NCBI GenBank assembly: GCA_904063045.1
Contig: CAJFCJ010000129.1
Coordinates: forward strand, 1-32,069
Source: Dimorphilus gyrociliatus
Lineage: Eukaryota > Animalia > Annelida
DNA length: 32,069 bases
Direction of reading: 5' to 3'
Shown here: in pieces, positions 22,798 through 32,069 of the stretch
How the letters are laid out: the number at the start of each line of letters is the position of its first letter
Position numbering within the stretch: position 1 is the stretch's first letter
Made by a program: the position numbers and the translations under genes
The notes under the pieces: generated by a model
The model's input: the letters and a program-made list of their open reading frames with translations, nothing else
Told to the model about the DNA's origin: nothing
Databases searched by the model: none

Positions 22798-24984
22798 ATG
22801 CTCTGGAGAATGCTGTCTGCATCAATTGCCCTTTGTTATATAATTCTATATAAATTTAATGCATCAACTGCAAATGGAGTAGTGTCAAGAGGTAGTAGTG
22901 ACAAAAATCTATGGTTATTCATTCATACTAAACCAATATTCTATACATCAATTATTTTATTATAGATGGAAAACTTATAAATATTGCTGATGTAAAACAT
23001 TCAGCCAAGTGTACAGCGTCTTCTGTCAAAACAAGTTTTATCTGTTCAAACGCTCTAAAACCAAGATGGCAAAGCAAACTTGAATGGATTTCATCTTGTT
23101 CTCCTGTATCATGTATTGAAGAGTGGATTAAAATTACCTTTCAAAAGCAATACGATATTATTGATATATGCCTAACTCAAAGAAACAATGACAATGTCAA
23201 AAAGATTTTTGGATTGGATATTGTATTTGATAAGAACACGCAAAGAGTTTCTTTGAATTTGCATGAGACGTGTTTTCTACCCAGAAATAATAGTGGATTG
23301 GCAACTTCCTCTGTAACTTTAAAGCCAAATGCAGTTGACAAGACACAAAGCAATATTGGCTTTCAATCAATTCTTTTATTTGCGTATGACGGTAAAGAAA
23401 ACAGTAAAACCTAAACAGTTTGTTTCAAATGATGATATTTTACAGATGAAGTGACGGTTGAAGATATGCTGTATACAGATGTAGCTCTGATACATTTAGG
23501 AGCAAAGTGCGGGGCATCTCTTGGTGAATGTGAGAATGCAATTGATGAAAGTGTTATCAGTCATTGGCAAATAGAGTGTTTAGAGAGTGATCCATTGCAA
23601 TTTACATCTTTACCTCAATGCAATGAACAATTCATACAAATTACATTTGCATTTCCTGCAAAACCAGAATTCTTTTGCCTCACAAATGAGTAATCCACAT
23701 TATTTTGTTTCTTTATACTTCATAATTAATACTGTTTTGTCTTAATAGCTATGAAAAGAGTGCAGTTAAAACTATGTTCATAAATTGGAGTTCGGGCCAA
23801 ACTCAATCAGTTGAAATTTCAATGGATAATATAAGATCTTGTTTCAACTACTCTGGAAATGCTGACATTGAAGAATCAATTAAGTTGACAATTGTAGAAA
23901 CTTTTCTAGGTCAAGTCGGATTAGAGAGAATAGAAATTTTTACTATAAGTACAAAAATATATTTTGTAAAATGATTTTATTTTGAAGTATCTTCCATTTT
24001 TTCTTTTGACTAGAAACTGATGACAAAGTTTATAGTATCCAAGACAAAAATTTCGTTTATTATCACTTACCGAAACATTTATTTAAAAATTTTACAGCAA
24101 TGAGTTTCAAGGTTAAAGGTCAGGAAACTGGAAATGTTGGTTGTTCTTCTCTAACTTTACGCTTGGCTAACAAATATGAACCTTACATTTCACTAAAACT
24201 TGACAGCATAAAGGACAACATGGAAGAATCAAGTTTAAATGTTCATGATTCAAAGAGCAACACTGTAAAATTCAATATTTCGCAATCATTGATTGATTGC
24301 CATAAATGGAATGATTTCTGGTTTGAATTCGCTTTAGAACAAGTCAAATTTGGTTTTGGAAAACCAACAGCTAAATCACTATCTTATATTTCAGTTCAAA
24401 CAGATTTATACTTAAATGTTTATCAAATTTTATTCAGAAATCATTTTAGTTATATTGTAAATGATGTTCAAGTGAATCACAAAGGTAAAAAAATATCAGA
24501 TCACAGGTTATCTATAACTCTGTTTCTTTTTTCTTTGCTTGTTTCAGATGGTAGAAAGATTACAGTTCTAGAGACTAAAGATTACCAGTTTTGTGCAATG
24601 TACAATTTTTTTGACGAATTTATATATGGTTGCATTCCTTCTCAATCAAAAATATCATATTTCGAAATTGAATTACAGGACAATGACCTATTTATGATAC
24701 GTCTTATTAATCCAAAGATCTATATTAATAAGAAGTTTGTGGTTGATGAAGATACCATAAGTAGTTCATATTCCCTTGGCAGAGGAGATTTTATGGATTT
24801 TAAACAATATTGCATATCGAATTCTCAAAATGAAGCAGCAATGAAAACAATAACTTTTATTTGTAGAGTAGGTGTTAATTTTCAAAAGGGAACTATTATC
24901 TTGGACCTAATATTTAAGAGATTTCACAATTTTAATGATAAATTATCATGTGACCTACACTCTTCCCATTTTTTACCAGAGTGA
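22798..24984 (+). CDS. Secreted protein: two F5/8 type C-like lobes + FAMeT-like domain (644 aa, 5 exons)
   Basis: Exons 22798-22891, 22966-23391, 23446-23689, 23749-23948 and 24014-24984 (1935 nt, frame-consistent GT-AG). Hydrophobic N-terminus; C.AS...W...I.I.F pattern twice; FKVKG...LIDCHKWNDFWFEF...VKFGFG resembles Methyltransf_FA. The gene model is firmer than the domain names. Confidence 0.8.
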
Positions 24985-25062
24985 GAATTAAAATCTCTCC
25001 AGTCAAGAAATTCTTTATACTATTTATCAATTGTTTCTGTCTATTAAGTACATTCAAATATC

Positions 25063-25437
25063 TTACAATAAGCAGTATTTTATCAGCTGAAATTTGTTTA
25101 AAAACTTATATAAGTGATTAACTTGGTCTTTATACAGTGAACAATGAGAAAAGTTTACTCTTAATAGAGTATTTGAATAGGATTTTAGTCCATTACAAAA
25201 AGCTTCAATTCCTTGTCCAAACTCACTGGAAACTTTAATTATTAAGTTTATCTCTTCCAAGTATATCATTTCCCTTAATAGGTTACCTAGGCATTTATAA
25301 TCCTGGTAGGATAAGGCAGATTCAGTAAAAATAATTTTCACTAATGAACTGCAACAAGTTCTTAAAGAGAATGTTTGTAATTTACTGCAATCGTCTAGCA
25401 ATTTAGTCAGAGAGTTAATGCCTTGAGACTTTAAAGA
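25063..25437 (-). pseudogene. RNI-like LRR remnant; right-arm copy
   Basis: Mirror of 7402-7776; the TAA at 7495 is TTA (Leu) here (25342-25344). Confidence 0.5.
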
Positions 25438-26830
25438 TCAGCCTGATAGAGATAGCGTCAAAACGGATTTCGAAAAAGACTTTAAACTATTCAATATTAT
25501 TAGAAACTTGCTAAACACTCCTCTTCAGAGCCAATATAAAATTATTGTAAGCAATTGCAGTATTTCAATAAATATCACATTCAAAAAATAATAGAGACTA
25601 AGAGAGAAGACAATATTATTTGTTTTTTTTTACAAGATTGTGATTTATTGTAGCATTTCAAGCATAATCCACTTTCTCTTTTATCAACATTTAACAATTC
25701 ACTAAAAAATTCATATATCACGTGACCATAAATACATTTCATTTTTTTCTTACAGTCTACAGTAGTTTTTAACAGTGAATTGAAAATTGGAATCCAATGT
25801 CCTAATTACAGGTTTTTTGACCAGTATTGATATTCTTGTTCCTGATGTTCATCTTCCTCATCTCTTTCTTCACATTAGCAATTCTACAAGGATAGGAGAC
25901 TGACAGAATTGAATGATAATTGTTAACTTCACACAATATATTACTGTTTTTGAATAAGATGTAATAAGTTTGACATGCATTTTTTCTATATTGTTTGTTC
26001 CTTTGTTAATTCCAAAGTGGCACCATCTGTTATGATCAAGTCTAAAATAAGAATAAGAAATCTTACATTTCAAGAGTCTTAAGTGATTCTGGCTTTTTAT
26101 TTGGATGAAATCCTTCAGTTAGTTAAATTGCCAGAAAACGTTGAAATACAAAACAGATCCATCAGATTTGATTTTCACACTTTCCTGTCTATCTATCCGA
26201 AATATTGCTCATGAGTTACCTTGGTCGCATCCTCCATGTTGGTTCATGCTTTGTCCATCACATCTTTCATTCCACTAGATGTGATAGATGGCATCAGCAT
26301 AAGCCATTGCTGTCCTCCCTTCTGCTGCACAACTTGGTTACCAGCCCCTTTTTCTCTTGACCTGCCCCTCTTTCTCTCTGGAACATTTTGCCGAATTTGG
26401 AGTTAGCTCTCCTCCATATTGGTACTATTTGCCATGCTATCGAATTATTTTCAGTTTTATTTATATGCAAAAGATAAGTGTTACATATTGTTGCTGTTTA
26501 CATTGCTATTGCTAAATATGCCATCCCTGGAGCCTGTATTACTTTACAATACAGTTATATCCATCTTTCCTCCATTGACATCTCTTCTAAGTGGATTATA
26601 CCTAATTCAGGGATTTGGACCAGTGCTTACCTACAATCCCAGGGGAGGAAAATAGGGGGTTGGGACATAAAACTATAAGTATAAGTATTTTGATATATTG
26701 CTGAACAAGCAATAATGATAAAGGTTGGCACACAAGATTAACTAGAGCAGTAAAATAGAACTACAAAACATTTAAATGTTTCATCACAAATCGTGATTAT
26801 TTCAATATTTATTTAATGTAAACTAGACAC

Positions 26831-28807
26831 TCAAGGTATAAATATTATTGTTAATGCTCCTTCATTTCCATGATCAGCTATACAACCAAGGTATTTTAAC
26901 TGTAGATGATCATTTTCTGACAATTTCATTAGGACTCCACCAGATGCATAACCAGGATATCTATCTTCAACTAAATTATTTGATTTGAAGACTCTTGTCT
27001 TTTTGTATCCATTGATATCAATGTAGATCTCAATTTTATTCCTTTCATCTTCACTTGGTATATTAAAAGCAATGTAATACATACCAGTAACAGGAACTTT
27101 AAATGTGCTTCTGTTATACCAGCTGTTCTCTGTGTCAATAATAGGACTTCTTCCGAAAGTTACTGTTGAATAACTGGGAGAACATATAGCATTGTTTGTG
27201 GCAATTGAAAAAATTGGTAAACTTTCATTTAGCTTGAATAAACATAGATATGTTAGATAATTAGAATCTGAATATTGAAAGCCAGCATCATTTCGTAAAT
27301 AAATATCTTCATTTGCATTCAATCTCTGAATAAAACTTAATGATTGCATAACTGGTGAAGTAATATTGTTAGTAATCTGAATATAGGTATGTGGGCCTAA
27401 ACCACCATTGCTAGTATAAAACTTGATTTTAGAATTTCTAGAATCTATAGACGATGATCCAAAGTTTATAAAATAATAGCCTTCTTCAAATGCTCTAAAT
27501 CTATTACCAATTATTGAAAAACTTCTCATTGCAATAATACTTGGTAACTCTACTTCACCACTAACATTCATTGAATTGTCACTAGCAGCAAATAAATAGT
27601 TTTCAGTATTGTAGTAAAAACCCAACCATGATGTTTCTTTTCCATTTTCACTTCCAATTAGATCTGAGTAAGGATGACGCTGAAAGATATATGGCCTATT
27701 GAATCTATTCAGTGTGAACAATCCAGCTCTAGTTGTAGTATCAGTTGTAACACTTGAATTACCATATTTTAACAAACCAATGCTTCTTCCTGTACTGCCA
27801 AGCATTAGTGAAGTTGTACTGTAGCTTTCAAGTGATGCCGTTATTGAAAAGAAGTACATTCCTGATTGGCTAATTCTTAGACTATTATCTGATTCATTAA
27901 ATATACCTTGGTCATTTATATCAATAGATGTCCAATTCACATATCCATAGCTCACAGTTTGAGATCTTGATAAAGATACCATAAATGCTGGACTTTTTGA
28001 GCAAACCAATGTTTCACATTGGTCTAAGTCGATTGAGCTACCTGGACAGTCTAATCCACCATTTGATGGAGGAGGATTATTACACTCTCTTGTTCTAGTC
28101 CGGATCCCTTCCTCTCCACAAGGTGCATTACAATTGCTCCATGTTGACCATTCCGACCATCCTCCAGGAATTGCACAGTTTGCTTCATTCAAAGGAACAC
28201 ACATTTTCACATTGCACTCTTTGACATTGATTATTGGAGTGAAAAAGTATCCAGTAGGGCAACGTTGTGGCCAAGCAACACCATTCACACAGTGGTAATA
28301 AATTCTACAATCAACTTCATTGGCAACAGTTTCATTTTTATTTGGTGAACATTCATCAATGTCATCATTCTTTAAATACCATGGAATAGAAGAATCCTGA
28401 TTTGATTCTTTGCATACTTTGTCTTCATCCCTATCTTGAATAGATGATTTTGATGTACAATCTGAAAAATCTGGATGTACACATGTGATATAGCTACAAC
28501 TTTGAATGGAAAATTGAAAATGAAGGCCTGGTGGACAAGCTTGAGGATGAGCAGTTCCATTAACACATTGGTAATAAATGGCACAGTTGTTAGGATCACA
28601 TATGTACCATCAATAGGTATTGATTGGGAATTGAGCGGACATTTAAACTGTGCATAAACAACTGGTAGACAAACATAGAAGACTAGTAGTACTGTGCAGA
28701 TAGCACTGATAGAGATAAGCAGTATTCACTTAGTTCTATGTAGGGCAGTGCATGTACAATGCGCGTCAATAAAACCCAGTAAATAATAGACAGAATAATG
28801 CTAGCAT
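26831..28807 (-). CDS. CBM14 x2 - TSP1 - C1q x3 protein; right-arm copy with an apparent 1-bp frameshift near 28599
   Basis: Mirror of 3647-5624. CATATGTGATCC here versus CATATGGTGATCC on the left breaks the first CBM14; this may be a consensus error. Confidence 0.75.
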
Positions 28808-30129
28808 TATTATCACAATTTATTAATCTATAAATTTATGAATTTGAACTAAAAGCTGTTTAATTAAATATCAATTTATGCTTTAATTCTAAGTTTAGAT
28901 TATATTCACAATGCTGTTCTACTTAACATGCATTAATCACATATGCTTCCTCCTTATATTCTGATGCTAAATTTATAAACTGATTCAATTAATTATTATT
29001 CTTAAAGTAGAATATAAAAACAGTCAAATTTGTGAACATGCATTGACAATAATGGGGAATTTGAAGCTAAATAGACATACCTAGGACATTAATTAACATT
29101 TATGAATAAGCATATTATGTAATTTTTTTTTAGCGGTTAGACATAAATGGCGAGAATTTTCTGGGTGACACTAATATTTTATTTTGAATAAACTATTCAA
29201 TTTAAACAATTGTGTAAAAGTATGAGTAAAACCAGTACTGTTAAAACACTCTCAAACACATAAATTTGTCAAGCAAGAGCGATGCAATCGCTTTTACTTG
29301 ATCCTTTTCTATTTCTTGCTAGTTTCTTACTTCATACTTGGTCATTCTTAAAAGATAGGAAAGTGTGAGACAGATAGCAAGAAATAGGGACCAATTGAGT
29401 AAGACACTAGAAGTAGAGATGGTGACAAAGAGAGATAGAAGGATTGAGAGAAAATGATTGAGAAAGACAAATATGGAAGGACAGTTACTCTGTCACTCCT
29501 TGCTCCTCTTCATCCTAGACTTAATTTTTTTAACAAATTTCTTTTTAAGGCAGCTTTTCACTATTTGAATAGACAGCCTATACAAATTCTTCTAACAGTT
29601 AGAATTCCTAATTTGTTAGTTAGGCCTATCATTTTAAAATTACAGCAAGATATATAATATACATAATCTACCATACGAAATTATTCAAATTTTAAAAACT
29701 ATGAATTTACATTGATTTTTGTTCACAACAAAAAAACTCTCAAAATTAATGAATTATAAATAGTTGTTTAAGAATGATTTTAAACTTCTGTTTATTTGAA
29801 AAGCATTAAAGAGTCATGACAAGCCAGAAATTTCTATATTTATAACACAAAAAAAGAACACTGTTATTCTGTAAGTTGCTTGTTGTACAACAATTTAGAG
29901 GATATGTTCTCTAAATGGGAGAATTGCAGCTAAAAACCAGCCTTAACTCAAAGGCAAATTAGATGAAATAGTTTATCTTCTCCAAATTGAAGCTGTACCC
30001 TAGGAGGGAAAAGTTTTTTTGTATTTAACATTAAAGGAAACAAGAAATTTTATCATAACAAAGAGTTTTTTAAAAGAACATGTCAAATCATGTGACATTA
30101 AATAGAACATTAAAATTTTTTTTGACACA

Positions 30130-30889
30130 TCATATATTATTGTCAGATTTTGATTGTTGAACAAAATGTTTAGGCGATTTTGGCACCAAAATATCTTTGA
30201 ATGTGAGATGCCAACATTTGGACTATTTCTATTCAATTCAGATTGAAAAATGAATTTCTCAATTGAATTATTGCAATATTGGAATTTTGAACAGAATATT
30301 GAAAGGTCATATTTTGATTTCCAATAAATCCAATCAATCCCCATATCTAACACCATTGAAAATCTTATTTTCAAATTAACATTTTTATATTGATCCTCAC
30401 TCAACTCTACATCTAAGTGGCTTACTCGTAATTTGGTTCTATTTGGACCAGTACTTAACTACAACCCCAGCAGGAAAATACAATATCAACATTACTCTGA
30501 TTGTTAAAATTGAAGATTTGATTCCATCTTGATTGTCTTCATAATCAAGATTTAACCATTTGAACATTTTTGAATTTGGTAAATTAATTGAATTTTTCTC
30601 AAAAAATACTCTTTTCCTGAATGGTTAATGATAATTTTATTCATATAATAATCATGAAGTAGGACACATTGAACCAAAGTATTTGTAAATTTGTCTCTAG
30701 CTTGTCCACTACATCATAGCTAATATACTGTGTCTTCTTTGATCGCCAGTCAAAACAAATTGGATGAAATGAGGATCTCCCATAACAGCTGGTTGATTAC
30801 AATCATTTTCAGCATCTGGAGTTCCAGAACCTGCTATAACTTGCAAAGCATCTGGTGAGTTGTTTTCTTCTGAACATGGTATAGCAACC
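30130..30889 (-). pseudogene. ITIH-C-terminal-like region; right-arm copy with many 1-bp deletions
   Basis: Mirror of 1550-2319; the ORFs are fragmented by homopolymer shortenings. Confidence 0.45.
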
Positions 30890-31033
30890 TGTTCCACAGA
30901 TTAACAAATAATTATTCAACTCGATTATTAGTGGGATTTTACAGAAAACATCCACTAATGAGAAATTTTAGGACAAAATTTGGATTGAGAAATGGTTAGC
31001 CAGAAAAACACAGCAACTGATTTGTAGTTAGGA

Positions 31034-31457
31034 GGGTAAGGGGTAATGGAAAAGGTTAGGTACAGCTAAGGGCTGGGTTAGGGTTAGGGTTAGGGTAAAG
31101 CAGCTCATTTGTGAATGGTTTCTGTCACATCCATTATTAGCATATGTAATATCAGTATATTGTATCAACAGTTATCAAAATACGATAACAGTGTCAAGGG
31201 TTATCATATTATGCAATAGTGATGTAAACAAAACTTTGTGTAGGTTACCCTCAAGGGTCAATTCTTATATCATATTTATGTAAATAAACACTTGTTGTTA
31301 TTGTCAACATGTTTGTTATGTAAATCTTATCCTTTGCCTATAAAAGGGGTTGATTCTGGCATTGGGACCTCTACTCCAGAGGCAACATCTACTTCAACAT
31401 TCTACCATATAGTAAGTAACATTTATAAATATCTATAATATAGTTCATAAGTGTACA
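31034..31457 (-). repeat. Mirror copy of the dispersed repeat, including (GGGTTA)3+GGG at 31075-31095
   Basis: Reverse complement of 967-1400 with small deletions. Confidence 0.8.
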
Positions 31458-32069
31458 GAGATTTTCGGCAATTATAATTTTTATACTATGAAATATGTTT
31501 AACAATTTAAAGTAGGTAAACAGAAGGGGTAAAAAAATAGAATGAACAATTAAGCTAGATTAAAAAGTTCTATATAAATAAGAATAATTTAGATTTGGCT
31601 ATGTGCCAAGTCTTAGTCACTACCTGTGTTGACTACAAGTTTTTAACAGTCTTGTGAATACAAACCAACAATGACTTGCAGGCTTTGAAAAGTGAATAAT
31701 TATAGGTTTAAATTTTTGATTCTATAACATCAACATATAGAAATGAAATGAAAACAAAACAAAAAATGGGTGGGGTGCTGTAGTATATTATGAATAATAA
31801 ATTTGATCTTAAGAAGAGCTATCCAGTATATCTTTTTACAGTTCTAGAATCTAATTCTACTAAAAATAGTCTTTCTAAACTTCAACAATTATAATTCCTA
31901 CAAAATAAAAATCTTTCTAAACTTCTACATTATAATTCCTATGAAATTAACCAATCATAAAATGTCCATACTAAGGGATGTAATGTTGAGGTAAAGGCGA
32001 TAAAATGTCAGGCAAAGATGAAATGTCCATTTAGAGGCAAAATGTCCTGGAATCTGTTGAAACATTGAA

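Larger units (their letters stand above)
18272..32069 (-). repeat. Right arm of giant inverted repeat
   Basis: Reverse complement of 339-14567 with scattered SNPs, one 21-vs-404-bp replacement, and increasing 1-bp homopolymer losses toward the window end. Confidence 0.98.

Noticed and set aside
1-32069. Prokaryotic or viral reading (GTG/TTG-started ORFs, CRISPR, phage or Polinton terminal repeats)
   Set aside because: Genes are spliced with frame-consistent GT-AG introns and encode metazoan extracellular domains. No repeat-spacer array, polymerase, capsid or transposase was seen, and the inverted arms make up nearly the whole window rather than flanking a core.
339-32069. Pure single-read fold-back chimera as the complete explanation
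   Set aside because: It cannot alone produce synonymous or conservative SNP clusters or the 404/21-bp replacement. A chimera plus haplotype-mixed polishing remains possible and is kept as the alternative in the findings.

Overview
AT-rich eukaryotic (invertebrate animal) DNA with very short GT-AG introns (54-160 bp). Almost the whole window is one giant inverted repeat: left arm 339-14567 (probably extending to base 1) mirrors right arm 18272-32069 around a 3704-bp unique spacer (14568-18271). Each arm carries the same spliced genes for apparently secreted proteins: (1) CBM14 x2-TSP1-C1q x3, (2) two F5/8C-like lobes plus a FAMeT-like domain, (3) a double Ly6/uPAR three-finger protein, and (4) a SUEL rhamnose-binding-type lectin. 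Each arm also has a disrupted ITIH-C-terminal-like gene and an LRR remnant. The lectin gene is complete only on the right (SP-SUEL x3-PAN, running into the spacer). The left copy is cut inside intron 3 exactly at the arm boundary, so right arm plus spacer is the native locus. The spacer also holds a decayed Ty3/Gypsy pol fragment and a deleted copy of a dispersed repeat found at both distal arm ends. Arm differences are patchy, with dense SNP clusters and one 404-vs-21-bp replacement. The last ~2 kb of the right arm shows homopolymer-deletion decay typical of low-coverage long-read consensus. The palindrome is therefore either a real gene-bearing palindrome or a fold-back/haplotype assembly artefact; reads are needed to decide. 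All domain calls are from motif recognition by eye, not database searches.
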